62,381 nt of DNA, filler included, from Bonamia ostreae (GCA_040357525.1; 21 parts of 21 records of this genome joined end to end with filler, not necessarily neighbours in it), one strand, 5' to 3'; counted from the first letter of the whole stretch, positions 38,041 to 51,304 are shown. Numbers and translations: made by a program. Notes: generated from the sequence alone by a model not told the origin.

Positions 38041-38200
38041 ATTTGTTTGCAAAACAGTTTTTCTATTGTTATTTGTTTGCAAAACAGTTTTTCTATTGTT
38101 ATTTGTTTATAAAACAGTTTTTCTATTGTTATTTGTTTTTAAAACAGTTTTTCTATTGTTATTTGTTTATAAAACAGTTTTTCTATTGTTATTTGTTTTT
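38041..38200. repeat. 30-bp minisatellite, 5+ copies, intergenic
   Basis: ATTTGTTT(GC/AT/TT)AAAACAGTTTTTCTATTGTT at 38041, 38071, 38101, 38131, 38161. Confidence 0.95.
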
Positions 38201-38326
38201 GTTGTTTTTGATGGTTTTACGGAAATCAATGAATCAACGAAAAGTTAACGATTTCAAAAGTTTTAAGAGTAAAATGGAATAAAATAAATTTTCAAAAGAT
38301 TCAATATTCGAACAGCAAATTTAGTA

Positions 38327-38690
38327 TTAAAAGCCTTCTTCGTTGCCATTAACGATCTTGTAAAAAAGACTTTGACTGTCTTTCAACAATTCGGACGGCG
38401 CAGCAAATTCCGCCACTTTCCCTTGTTCCATAACCAAAATACGGTCGGAATCCATTATCGTCTTCAGACGATGCGCTATCGTCAAAACGGTGTACTCGGA
38501 GAAAGCCGTTTTGATGGCGCGTTGTATCTTCTGGTCAGTTTCGAAGTCGATCGAACTGGTTGCTTCGTCGAGTAAAAGTATTTTGGACTGGCGGAGGAGA
38601 GCGCGCGAGATGCAAATCAACTGTCTTTCTCCAGCGCTTAAATTGGAACCAGATTCGGTCACTTCAAAGTCCAAGCCATTTCTTTCTGTT
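38327..38690 (-). CDS. ABCC/MRP transporter, C-terminal part of NBD2
   Basis: GSNLSAGERQLICISRALLR..KILLLDEATSSID...TVLTIAHRL.TIMDSDRILVM. Confidence 0.93.
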
Positions 38691-38905
38691 TAAAGTTTAN
38701 NNNNNNNNNNNNNNNNNNNNNNNNNNNNNNNNNNNNNNNNNNNTTAATTAATTAANNNNNNNNNNNNNNNNNNNNNNNNNNNNNNNNNNNNNNNNNNNNA
38801 ACAAGAAAGACGCTAAAATTAAACGTGTTTCAATGATTTTTACAACGATTTTTGATTTAACGGGTTGTAACAATGTACTAAATTAATGTAAAAATACAAA
38901 GTTTA

Positions 38906-40021
38906 CTATACGACATATCCAATCTCATTTCCAACTTTTATTTTCTGCCCCTCTCTAATTCGAAAAAGAAAGTTTTTGTCTTCCGGAATGTCGTACAAAA
39001 CGACAACGGATGAGCCGATTTTGAAGAACCCCAATTCCACGATTCTGAAGGTGTTTATAAAAACTTTGGCATTTTTATGCCGTTGCTGTTTTCCTCCTCG
39101 AACAAAATTTCTTTTTGTGCGTTTCGCTGTGGCAAATTGGTGCTTAGCTTGGGATCGATAGTCTTCGACAAGACTATGCTCCCGACATTCAACGCGCCGA
39201 TCGGGGTGACAGAGCAATATCCATGTTTCCAGGTTCCTTCTAGCACAACTCTTTCATTGCTGCACAGCATAGAAGGAATCAGATTTGTCATAGAAGAGTT
39301 CACTGGCAGAAGATTTCCCGAAAAGTGTTTCAGTCTTTTAATCGACCATTTAACGGGGGAGTGAAAGCGATGGTAGTCTCCAGGGCTTAAGTAGAAAGCC
39401 ACGAAATGCAAATTTTTGGCTTGTTCCTGTGATCTCCCGGTAAATTTCTTCAGCGAGAATTTTATCCCCTTCGCATCGATCATCTCCCCCTCTTTCAATT
39501 TCCCGAAAGAGGACACTCTCCCGTCTACTGGCGACACCTAAATCGGCGAGAAGATTATTTTTACGATGGCGAAATCCCATTTACAAATTCAAATAATTTA
39601 TATATTTATAGAAAACGATATCAGAGTCTGCGATCTTTCTGTACTTTTCGATGTCGAGAGTTCGAGAGAAAAAATCACCAAAAGAACGAAACGAGTTTAA
39701 AGGTTGTACTTCGCTCAAATCTTCATTTTTATCTAAAAACTGATTCCGTAGATCGCAGAATAGCTGTAAAAAATGGGTTTGCGTAGAAAGTTGGGCACTG
39801 TCTGTGTGCTCAAAATCCCAGCAATCCGAGACAAAAAACGCAGTGGAAGCGATTTGTAGAAAATGACCTTGTAGAAAATGTTATAGAAACCCTGAAATTC
39901 CCTTGTCTGGGCTCTTTCCGCCTTAAATAAGAAATAGAAACTTTTTGAAGTAATAGAAAGAGAGGCTCGCGGCCACCACTAGAGAGCCTTTGAGCACTTT
40001 CGGTTGGAAAAGTTTGTTCAT
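38906..40021 (-). CDS. PISD: Phosphatidylserine decarboxylase, mitochondrial type
   Basis: SLPLRFLSR, SPVDG, YLSPGDYHRFHSP, NERVVLEG.WKHG, GALNVGSI, GFFKIGSSVV; several tiny introns. Confidence 0.92.
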
Positions 40022-40476
40022 TCGCTTCGAATTGTGGTTCTGGTTTATTGATTTTGGCTTAAAAACTAAGATTTCTGGATATGTCGTTTTAATATCTTTT
40101 GTCGAAACTAAATTGCACGCGGACGAGGATTTTTAGATTTTGTTAAATTGCTTGCAATCTTTTTAGGCGGTGTGGCTAATCTCTTTCAGATGCAAATTTT
40201 TCCGGCCCATTAAATTTTTTGCAATTTTACATTATTTTAAATTGATTTTAGACATTATTTTAGACATTATTTTTACAATTGTTATTGATAATTTTTGCTG
40301 TAGCGTTTTGGGATGAAAAATTTAAAAATAGTTTTGGCATTTTGAAAATTTACAATATAATTTAATTCGTTTATCAAAAAACAATTTTTGAGTAAAAAAG
40401 ATGTTTTATTGGGAGTAGTTTTATTAAAAATGTTAATCAAATCAGTTAATTATTTTCAACCAAATCAACCGATAAA

Positions 40477-41666
40477 ATGTTCAACGTAACTTCACAAAAC
40501 AATTCAAATGAAGTTTCATTATTTTCCTTTTTCATCAAATCCGGTGCAATCTTAAACGATTTAAGAACTTTGATTAACGAATTTGATCATGGAAAACAGA
40601 CCGAGATTTTGAGAAAATTTAATGTTGAATATTTCCAGATTTTTTAATTTTGAAAAACAAACCAAAAAGACTTTGGCGTCAATGTTACAAAAATATTCTG
40701 ATATTTATTCCAACATTGATTTGGGAACACAAATTTTCGAATTTGGGTACATGTTCGAAATATGGGAAATTGAGATAACTTTGATTGCTTCATCCATTGA
40801 AGAATCAGATTCAGCTGCAAAAATAAAAGAAATTCAGAGCAAATTTTTAAATTTTGAAAAAGTTTATTTTCAATAATTTGCAAAAGGATTGGAATGAAAA
40901 AGCATCATTGTTCGAATCTATTGACAACAAAGACTTTTATTCAGATGAAGCAAATAAATATCAAAAAATTCTGATTCGGTTCACAAAATTGTTCGAAAAA
41001 CGAAGAGACGATTTTTATTTTAACAAGGAAATAACAAATCAATATGTCTTCGTAAAGGTAAAATAATCAAAAACTTACAAAGACTCTTTTCTTGTTAACA
41101 AAGAATTACGACGCTTTAAGAATCAGACAAAACAAAAAAAACAAAATTTTTGACAAATTGTACAAAAAAAGTCTTTTAGCGTTAGAATGTAAAGTCGGAA
41201 ATTTTGTTTTACTCTTGGACTGCCAAATTTACGACAAAACGAAGAATGAAATTTGGGTTTTACAAAATGAAATTTTTAATTAAAAAGGGGAAAAAGGCGT
41301 TTGAATTAAAAAAAGATGTTTTGTTGTCATCTTTTCAGAATTTCAGAAAATGGGCCATTCTTTGTAAAAGCAAAATTAATTTATCTTACCGACCGAAATT
41401 TAAACTGTTGTACTGATTGAGTAAATATTATAAAACTTTATTTTTTTATTACATCTTCTGGTTCTTTGAAAAGATTGGCGATTTCGTTTGATCGACAAAT
41501 GTCGAAAAAATGGGGGATTTTATTGCTTGAAAAAAATTGTCGAGCAGCTTTTTCTGTTTTAAAGATTTCAAGCGAAAATTGCTGAAAAGATTTTTTCTGA
41601 ACTATTCCCTTTTGTTATCGTTTAATTAACTAAATTTAAAATTCACAAATTAAATTAAAATTTGAG
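40477..41666 (+). CDS. Unidentified multi-exon gene; exon structure uncertain
   Basis: Chain of + ORFs (40622, 40854, 41092, 41204) with short AT-rich breaks; no recognised motif. Confidence 0.35.
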
Positions 41667-41800
41667 NNNNNNNNNNNNNNNNNNNNNNNNNNNNNNNNNN
41701 NNNNNNNNNNTTAATTAATTAANNNNNNNNNNNNNNNNNNNNNNNNNNNNNNNNNNNNNNNNNNNNAATATCGGTTTAGCCAATCTCGAGATAGTTCGCA

Positions 41801-42405
41801 ATGGACTGGTCGAAAATGTTTAAACCGGAGCCCAAACTAGGGATTTCTTATCTTCCCGTTAAAACGCAATTGAGACAACAGATCTTCTTTGAAACCAGAG
41901 GAATCACTCTGTATGTTTTAGAATCCAAATTAAAAGTGGCCATACTTGTACAACCCCATGGAAACAATTCCAGTTAAAGCCATTACCGGCTTATTTATCG
42001 GTTCTATAAACTAATATGTCAGGGGGCATCACCGGCATCGTCTTCGGAATTTTCATGTCAGCGTTCACAACGGCGCCGTTTGACTATTCTGACAAATTCA
42101 ACAAACTCCCGTTCCAATTGATCAGTTAAAGATTCAAAGAACAAATGAAGATTTCGTGGAAAAGCAACGCGAAAAGAAGCGTGGCAATGGGAAAATCCTT
42201 CTCCATTGTCATGGCACTCTACAACTCTTCGCTCACGTTCTTATCGAGAAGAACGGCAAGAGAAGACATTTGGGCTAAGACGAAAGCTGGTTTCGTAACC
42301 GGAAGCTTATTTAACATTCGAAGAGGAGCCTTTAAAATGGCTTTGGGAGGCACTGGATTTGCCATTTTTAACTATCTATTTGAAAAATATTTGGAGACAA
42401 AATAA
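41801..42405 (+). CDS. TIM22: Mitochondrial inner-membrane translocase Tim22 (Tim17/22/23 family)
   Basis: GGITGIVFGIFMSA...LPFKEQMK...GKSFSIV...RTAREDIW...AGFVTGSL...GGTGFAIF; three introns of 21-22 nt. Confidence 0.85.
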
Positions 42406-42491
42406 ATTTTATTGCCGCGAAAATATTAAATTTTGCCGAAAATAAATGTTTTCGGCTTTATCAGCAGAGCCGTTTAAAAATCACAGGGTAT

Positions 42492-42719
42492 TTAATCCAT
42501 GTATCTGTGGATGTTAGAATTAACACAGCTGTCTATGCACCCCCACATGTCTAAATAATATCCGGTGCAATGCTTGCTCTCACTTTTGTCGATTTTGACG
42601 CGGAGGATGCATTCTCTAAGATCGCTTATTCTTCTAGTGCAATATCTCTTCTTGCAGAGATCGTTCAGAACATTCCTTGCTTCCGACTTTTTTACTTCGC
42701 TTTTTTTGGGGAATTTCAT
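42492..42719 (-). CDS. QCR6: Cytochrome bc1 complex hinge subunit
   Basis: LNDLC...C...ECILRV...KHCTGYYLDMWGCIDSCV cysteine pattern. Confidence 0.85.
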   Translation of the reverse strand: MKFPKKSEVKKSEARNVLNDLCKKRYCTRRISDLRECILRVKIDKSESKHCTGYYLDMWGCIDSCVNSNIHRYMD

Positions 42720-42765
42720 TTGAACACGCCGCAGTTTTTTTTAAATTATAGGCTTTGATTCTCTA

Positions 42766-44633
42766 ATGAGACCGAACGATAAAGCGGATTTAAAGGGGGT
42801 CAGAAAAAGATTGCTCTTCTGGGGGAGACCAAAGAGCAAAGTTTTTAAGCGGCCATTTGAACTAAAATCAAAGTTTTAAAGAGCAAATCTTAAAGACTGA
42901 GAAAAGCGACAAAACAGACAAATTGCCTTGCAAAGGTTAACATCGATTCCCCTGATGCAAACCAGAACAAATTTTTCGAGCAAAACCCTGCCACCCCCGT
43001 TTCAAAACAGAAACGGAGTTCTTTAAACTATGCCAGCAAAAGACCAAATGGCCGGTGGTACAGAAAAAAGGGACAACAATCAAAATATATCGCCATTAAC
43101 GGAAAAGTGTTCGAAGGCTTCCAAGCGTTCAAACAAAGCCTACTTGACAAAGAGAGTGTAAAGAAGCGTTTAGAATTAGAATCCGCTCAAAACAAGAATA
43201 CGATTAGGAATAAAGAAAATGAGCATCTTTTAAAAACATACGGGATTCCGGCCGAAATGGATCGAGTCTATCGCCAGAAAGGCGTCAACCGGTTACACCA
43301 ATGGCAAATCGCTTGCTTAAAGAAAAAGGGTGTTTTGGAAGGAAAAAATTTGATTTATTCAGCGCCGACAAGTGGCGGGAAAACGCTTAGTTTATAATGT
43401 TATAATTCGCAGTTGCCGAAACTCTGATGATTAGAAGAATGCTCTCCAAAAAGGGGAAATGCATAATTGTGTTGCCTTTTATTAGTTTGGTACAAGAGAA
43501 AAGCGAAGATTTAAGAAACAAGCTTTGCCCGCTTGGGTTTTCAGTTAGGTCTCTCCATTCGAGCTCCCCACTCACATTGCCGAACAATGTCGATGTCATA
43601 GTCTGCACAATAGAAAAAGCCAATTTACTCGCCAATTCGTTAATGGACGATGGAACAATTAAGAACTACTTCGGCACTGTCATCATCGATGAGCTGCATT
43701 TGATAGGAGATGAACACAGAGGCTTTATTTTGGAACTGTTGTTGACAAAACTCAAAACTGTAGGCGGGGAACATCAGATAATAGGGCTTTCCGCAACTCT
43801 CCCGAATATCGGTAAACGATTATTATAAACAAAGGCGATTTGGCCAAATGGCTTGACGCAGAATTGTTCGTTACCGATTTCCGACCTGTTCCATTGACAG
43901 AATTTTATCTAATCGGTTCAACTGTTTACAGCAAAGCTGGAAAAAGAATTAAAGAAATGGGCAAAAATAGCGCGGACAATGTTTTGTTGCGATTTTAACT
44001 TTTTAAAGATTTTCGAGCTGTGCAAAGAAGTCGTGGAAAAAGAAAAATCTGTTTTGATCTTTTGTCCGTCCAAAGATGGCTGGTTAGATTTGTAATTTTA
44101 AGTAAAAGGAGTGCCAGAATGTTGCTTGATAAAGCAAAAAGTTCGAATTCAAAGGCCACCGACAATGATGAATTAACAAAAAGGTTTTCTAATGTGACGT
44201 CAAATATAAATCAGGAAAACTGTTCTGGAAAGATTGAGGCAACTGCCAATAGAAATTTGCGAAGTTCTGAAAGAAGCGATTTTGTACGGAATAGCGTATC
44301 ACCACGCCGGAATGACGATAGAAGAAAGGGACATTGTTGAAGTTGACTTAATCTTCATCATCTACACAATAGGCGGCGTTCAGGAAAAGGACGATAAATG
44401 TCCTAAACGCGACTTCTACTCTCGCCGCGGGAGTGAATTTACCCGCTTTCAGGGTGATTTTCAGATACCCGTATGTCGGAGCAAATTTCATCTCTGTGTC
44501 AAAGTTTCTTCTTCGACAACCACAAAAATCAAGGTATCAACAAATGAGTGGAAGAGCGGGCAGAAGTGGCATAGACGACGTTACATTTTATATTGATGAT
44601 TTTAGAGAGGCGAGAGTTTTTTGGTTGCATCAA
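42766..44633 (+). CDS. POLQ: POLQ/HELQ-type Ski2-like helicase N-terminal region, partial
   Basis: WQIACL...[74 protein letters not shown] versus HELQ cannot be settled without the 3' part. Confidence 0.8.
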
Positions 44634-44939
44634 NNNNNNNNNNNNNNNNNNNNNNNNNNNNNNNNNNNNNNNNNNNNTTAATTAATTAANNNNNNNNNNN
44701 NNNNNNNNNNNNNNNNNNNNNNNNNNNNNNNNNGTTCGACTGCTTCGATGGGACTTTTTGATAAAAAAGTTAAAGGAGAAAAGAAAGTGAAAATCAAAAA
44801 AGGAAAAAGCGATCGGAAACCTGTTTTAAATGAAAAGAAAAGAGAAATGAACATATTAAAGAAAATTGGCAAACTTGAAAATTAAATTTTTCGCCAAAAT
44901 TTTTGTTATAAAAATATTATTCAAAAGCTGATTTAATAA

Positions 44940-46431
44940 TTATGGCAATAATTCTTTCTCTTCTTGGTTCATCAAAGGTACTTGAACGGGAGCGAAGAAG
45001 ACGATCAATTCAAAAAGCAAACAAAATAATATCATCAATGCTGCTGTATTCAAATCTGAAAATCCATCATCTTCAAATTTTTGTTAAAATTAAAAACAAA
45101 AAAAATTTAAGACGAAAATGGAATTGTTATTTAAAGAAAAAGAATTTCAACACGAAAAGAAAATTTTTGTTAAAATTAAAACAAACAAAATTTAAGACGA
45201 AAAAAATTTTAAGACGAAAATGGAATTGTTATTTAAAGAAAAAGAATTTTAATTCGAAAAGAAAATTTTTGTTAAAATTAAAACAAACAAAATTTAAGAC
45301 GAAAAAAATTTTGAGACGAAAATGGAATTGTTATTTAAAGAAAAAGAATTTTAACACGAAAAGAAAATTTTTATTAAAATTAAAAAAAAATAGAAAACCA
45401 ATAATTATCTCATAAAATCCTCCAGGCCACGCATCAACATTGTTTTCAATAATGACAACGAAAGAATTAAACGCAATCAAATTCGAGATATTCAACACAA
45501 TTAGAAAAAGTAAAATTTTTATTTGATCTCTTTACAAAATTTAAAATTTGTAAAAATGGCAAATAAACGCTCGAAAATTTTAAAAATAGCACAAAAAGCA
45601 AATTAGAAAAAAAACGCTTCTTTTACACTGACAAACGTAGAAAAAAACAGATAAAACACAGCGAACAAAATTGGAACGAAAAAGACAAATTTGTCGAAAA
45701 AATTAGTAAAAAAGGCTTTTTGCAAACTTTCCGCAAAATTCGAATTAAAATTTTTAGATTTCTCGATAAACTTTGCCGTTTCTATTTCCAATTTGGCCAA
45801 AACTTCAGGTTTTGCCATTTTTGCGCAAATTCCCGTCGCTGTCAATTTCTTCGATTTTTTGAGCAATTTTTTTAATAAAAACTGTCGATTTTACGTGATC
45901 AAAATCAGAATAGTGCACTTCGACCCAGTTCTGGACGCCAGAACTGTGCATAAAATAGAGCACGGCAAACAAAACGACACAGACGAAAAATTTTCCCGCC
46001 GTGAAACGAGTCGTTTCAGGCAAATTCCCCTCGTTTTGGTCTTTTTCCCGACCGAAAACTGAACCGTCGACCGGTTCTATATTGCCGCTGACGCTACTTA
46101 AAGTGGCCAGAAGCAGCAAAAGGACGGATTGCGCGGCTATTCCGGCAAAAGTGACGCCGCGCAACAGATTTGCTTTCGGCTCGATTACTGCGAAGCCCAA
46201 ATCTTCGCGAGGATAAACCGCTTCGCGGATGACGTCGTTACGGTAAATGACGATGGAACTGTACAAAAGGGCGATTTGTACGAAAACGAGCGCTGTGTCG
46301 GAATTTGGAAAGCGTCGCGGGAAAAGAATGAGGAAAGTGACGGAAAGAAAAAGAGCGATTCCGTCGACGCTTGCGAAGACATAGATGACCTCATTCCAAA
46401 AGAGAATGGTTTCGTTCGCTCTGAACGACAT
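44940..46431 (-). CDS. Multi-pass membrane protein of unknown function
   Basis: ORFs 45805-46431 and 45603-45866 plus further hydrophobic exons ending ...EEKELLP-TAA near 44940. Confidence 0.5.
45083..45390. repeat. 102-bp tandem repeat x3 filling an intron
   Basis: GACGAAAATGGAATTGTTATTTAAAG at 45111, 45213, 45315. Confidence 0.9.
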
Positions 46432-46690
46432 TAAAGCGCTTTTGACTTTTTAGTTACGAAAATCAATTTTTTAATGTGGACAGCTCAGTTTATTATTAAT
46501 TTGTTAACGACATTTTTGAGGCTAAAGTTGTTATTAGACAGATCGCATATGTTGCGAAATTGTTTTCACGTTTTTAGCTTTCAAGATCTGAGATTCATAT
46601 ATTTTTAATCCAGCAAAATTCAAAATGCGAAATAACAATAGCTCGTTTTTAAATGTCGTTAATGTCGTTAACGTCATTAAAGTCGTTAGA

Positions 46691-47597
46691 TTAACAATTA
46701 TAAACTGAAAAACTTTCTTCTTTGTCGGCGATGCCCTTGCACCAGCTGACCATGTAGCCCATTAAGTTTTCTCCGCCTTGGTGAATGAAACCGGCGGAAA
46801 GTTCGAATATGCCGACATATCCAATTAAGACAATTCCGGTTGTGGCTACACCGAAATACAGTTTTTCGAGGAAAGATTTTGAGGCTTTTTTCGTTTCCCA
46901 ACCGCCTTCCGTTTCCAGTTTTGAATAGGTTGCGCCTTTAATTCGTTCTCCCACGAAAAGTGCGGTAAGCGTGACTAGCGACAGGGCGAAGAAAATCGCC
47001 ACAGTGGCGACGAAGAGAATGATCTTAACGTGAAACAAAAACGTTGAATGTTTCGTCGTTGCTGTTGGACAGAGCGATTGCGGTCTCCGCGATGAGAAAA
47101 AAGTTGTGCACTATTTGAATCCGTTTGATTTTGTAAGTGCGGTTTTTGATCATGTAAGCGAAAAAGACGACGTGTTTCAGAGAGTTTGCAGTTACGAGAA
47201 CAGCGTTTATCGTCAAAACAGTGTTTTTCTGTTTTTCGGATTTTTTGATTAAAAACGGGATGGTCGATTTTCGGGATATTGAAATAAGCGTAAAAATTGA
47301 TCAGGAGCACAAAAGCCAACGACAATGAAGCGACGACGATGTTGAATATGAAATTGAAGGAATTCTGACTGTTGGTTCTAGCTCTCGGTCTGTAGATCAG
47401 ATCTGTTTTGGAATCTTTGTCTGGATCAGAAACAACGACCATTTCGGGGCTGCTAATTTTGCTCTTTGCGAATTTTAAGTGATAAATCAATCTCAAGAAA
47501 AAATAAGTTCCGGTCAGAAAATAGAGAATCTTTGGGGAAGCGAAAACGTCTTGGATATGAAGAGCAGAATCCACTTTGTCGTAGTTATCGATGAAAT
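46691..47597 (-). CDS. Multi-pass membrane protein of unknown function, 5' end truncated
   Basis: ORFs 46975, 47025 and 46691 join through 28-nt and 19-nt GT-AG introns. Confidence 0.6.
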
Positions 47598-50500
47598 NNN
47601 NNNNNNNNNNNNNNNNNNNNNNNNNNNNNNNNNNNNNNNNNTTAATTAATTAANNNNNNNNNNNNNNNNNNNNNNNNNNNNNNNNNNNNNNNNNNNNCAT
47701 GTATGGATTTTTATTAAAATCGAAACAAAGGATGGTACTTCTATTTTTTTTAAAAATGTGGTCGTGAATGATTGAAAATCAGGAATAATGAATCGAGTTG
47801 TCCATTTCCGTTATTTTTACTTATAAACTTAGTTTATATATTTACATACAAAGAAAGATACATTGTGTCACTTCTCACATTCCACGGGTTTTTAAAAGTG
47901 AGAATGCAAGAGTTAAATTGAACCTAGGTAGTGAAGGAGGACCTCCACCCTCCCCCACGATCTAGGAATTTGACATTTGGGCAAAATAAAACATCTGTTA
48001 GGTTAGTTGCTTTGCTTTTTTCAGACAATTAATTTAGACAATTAAAGTCACCTCCTCCGGCTATGCGCCTACACTTTTAAAAGAATGTTACGTGCTTGCA
48101 TGCCAATTGACATACAAAATCGAGAGCTTTGAGTTTTCTCTAATCCTAAAACTAACCTCCGACTTTATATCAAGTTGCAAATTTTACTGAATATTTCAAA
48201 ACAGAATAAAAATGACTCAAAAGAAACGCGTATTCTGCTTTTTCAATGTTAGATATCATACATTTTTGCTTAACACATTTAAATCAATTTACGCTTTTTG
48301 CTAAATGTCATAAGTTTGATCGATCAAAATATTACCTGGCGGATCATGTAATTTCTCGGAGTTCAGTATTTTGATGGTCAAGTGTAAAGGAAGTTTGAAA
48401 ATGACCATAAAAAGACCCAAATCGTGTCATACATGCAACAGTCAACGCCCAGTATAACTGATGTACTATAGCTATAGCTGTCATTGATTTTCTCACCCTT
48501 GCAGACTATGACAATGGAAAGCATTTTCTACTCACCTAAATTCATTTCATTTTCAACTTTAGGTCAAAATTTGTAAACCTTGATCCCGAGTTTATAAAGC
48601 TTCAAAATTGTTTAGAGGTGAAATCAGGCTACAAAATACGGAAAGTTTTCATTATTGTTAAACATAATGAAGATTGATACATACATAAACACCGTTTATT
48701 TTATACTATATAATATACTCTTTAAAGAAGTGAAGAGCCATAGTTTACATCCATCAAATTATCACAATGAACAGACAGCAATGAAGAGACAAGCAGAAAT
48801 AATAAGTTTTGACCGTCAATAAAGAACAGAATCAGTCTCACGTTAATCTTACCTTCATGTCTATCTGTATCGAAATATGAATGTCATATACATTTTAATT
48901 ATAATTCCATGAGACAAAAACTTAAATGATATCTTACCGGACTCTTGTTCTTCTCTTCCGAACGACAAAGTGCGTATACCACGTCCTAATCGCGTGGATT
49001 TTAAGGTTTCTATGAACAAAGACAGTCACTAGGGGACTAGGGGGTACACTGTAGGCCCAGGTATTCTGCAATTAATATTCCGTTCAAATGATTTTGTACT
49101 GTCATTTGTAATCATAACCACAATGAACAAAATGGCATCAACATCTGATTACACTAATTAATTAAAAAGTTAACACCTCTGCCTCACAGGGACTCCATTG
49201 ATAGTAATTGAACTGATTTACATCTAAAAAGTTGTTTTTGAAGAAGATGAATCTTATCATTGAAAAGCCATACTTCAGACTCATAAATTGATACTTTAGA
49301 CTCATGTAGATAGTGCAGTGTTTTAAAAACATTGAATTCATTAATCAATGCACAAAGCGTAATGCATTGTTAACTGAACGAAACAATCTTTAGAGATGAA
49401 AAGAACCGATCATTTAAATCTAGATCTTCTATCATGAATTACAATTGTAACTAGTGCTTTAAATTTATCAAACACCTCCGATATACCTACGCAAACAAAT
49501 GTGGACAAAAGGAATACAGTGTATTATCAAAATATATACGGTATTGATGATANNNNNNNNNNATTTGTAAGGCACATATCTAAATGTTTGAACACGTAAA
49601 GTGTATCGCTACTGTCAGATAAATATAACAATCATGCTACATATTAGATCTGGAAACTTCAAATGTCTACATATACATATGAATGATAATTTATCTCCAG
49701 ATCCAACATGATATAAAATATCCTACCACAATATAAACAATACATGTTGTCAAGATACATCGATAATGTCAACACTGCAGTAGCAATGTAAGCTTGTACC
49801 AACGACTTAACCCCCATCTTTGTTGTGTACTGAGAGAGACTAATCCAAAACCCTATCCCCTCTACAGCAGGAATTGAAGGTTTGGGCATAACTTCCCATT
49901 TAATTTATTTGTTCANNNNNNNNNNATTCCGACTCCCCTACATTGAATACAGAGGGGACCTGTCTGCCAAGTCTAGTCTGCTCCAAATCCTACGATCCCT
50001 TCGGTTGGTAGACAACAAAGCAAAATATATATTTTCTAATGATTTAGAGTTCACAAAGTTAAAGTTCAAACTGGACACACATGCAGAAAGATATTGTCTT
50101 CTTTATATATTGATAACGATTTGTTTGACATGCATCAAACTTGCTCCGATGGTTCTTCCTAAAGGGTAGGTGACCACTATTGATTTTGAGGCTACAGGTC
50201 AAGGTTTAAGATACTCTAGACACAAGAAAAGATTATTTGCTCAATATATTGTCAACCCATTGCACGAAATACGTCAAACTCGGTACACCAGTACACTAAA
50301 AGCGCAAGTCACAACGTCAAATGCCCGCTCAGTATAATTTATCCTAAACCCATTTTTTCTAAGATTAAAAAGTTAATACTTTTCAACATTGAGATATGGG
50401 AACAGATTTAAAAAGATACTTCTGTTTTACGTAGGTTTTGCTGAAAATGAAGAAGAATACTTTAAATGCATTTTATAGAATGCTCCTGTAAATCACCATT

Positions 50501-50765
50501 ATAAAAGCAAAGTATTCTGATAAAGAACGCCTCATCAGCCTTCTGGCTGCGGTAGGGGTCNNNNNNNNNNNNNNNNNNNNNNNNNNNNNNNNNNNNNNNN
50601 NNNNTTAATTAATTAANNNNNNNNNNNNNNNNNNNNNNNNNNNNNNNNNNNNNNNNNNNNATATTGTTTTAACTTAAACTATTGTGAGCTTTTCTATTAT
50701 TTATTGTTGTTTCGTTTAAGATTTTGATGAAAAGCGTTTTCATTTTTTAAACAGAAATAAAAAAA

Positions 50766-50949
50766 TGTTATAAACAGTTTTTCCTGTAAATCCTTGGCAA
50801 ATAAGTCTAGTATTTTCATCGATGAAAACAGCCGGTTTTTTAGTTCCCGTCGACTTGAACCGTCGGCAAAAATTCTCGCCAAATTTTAATCGCTGATATT
50901 TAACGTTTAAAGTTCTAAGGAACAAGCGTTGCATTACGATTTGTTTCAT
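50766..50949 (-). CDS. SUCLG1: Succinyl-CoA ligase alpha subunit, first exon with mitochondrial presequence
   Basis: Arg-rich N-terminus then VFIDENTRLICQGFTGKT. Confidence 0.88.
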
Positions 50950-51052
50950 TTAGATGATTAGGCAATTTTCAAATTCTAAATCTCAAACTTCACATATCAA
51001 AACATCTTAACACTTTTTCGAACTTGCTAAATTTTAGACTTTAACCTAACCG

Positions 51053-51304
51053 ATGGAAAACAACGAAGGAACTATCGTCGACAAATATGTGCCTCGGAAG
51101 TGCTATTTGACGAACAGGATCATCACGTCCAAAGATCACGCTTCGGTGCAGTTGGAATTTGCACTACTTGACGAAGATGGAATTTACAGAGGTCAGTCCA
51201 ACACACTGGTTCTTAGTGGATACGCACGCAAAAACGCTGCCTCTGATGGCGCGATTAACAAGTTTCTCCAAGAAAATGACATGATTGAGCCGTTGTTCGA
51301 CTAA
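51053..51304 (+). CDS. RPS21: 40S ribosomal protein eS21
   Basis: MENNEG..VDKYVPRKC..TNRII.SKDHASVQ. Confidence 0.97.
   Translation: MENNEGTIVDKYVPRKCYLTNRIITSKDHASVQLEFALLDEDGIYRGQSNTLVLSGYARKNAASDGAINKFLQENDMIEPLFD

Noticed and set aside
38009-38282. Repetitive ORFs (VCKTVFLLLF..., also 44942-45415 and 57516-57775)
   Set aside because: Translations of non-coding minisatellites.
39010-39025. PISD autocleavage motif IGSS instead of LGST
   Set aside because: The Gly-Ser scissile bond is intact and GSS variants occur in the family.
40030-40210. Possible snRNA upstream of PISD (ATTGCAC and an Sm-like AATTTTT)
   Set aside because: No U1, U2, U4 or U5 signature or supporting stems visible; such motifs are expected by chance in AT-rich DNA.
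15307-44633. DNA-repair gene cluster (REV1, ZRANB3, POLQ)
   Set aside because: The genes are on different contigs; their proximity comes from concatenation.
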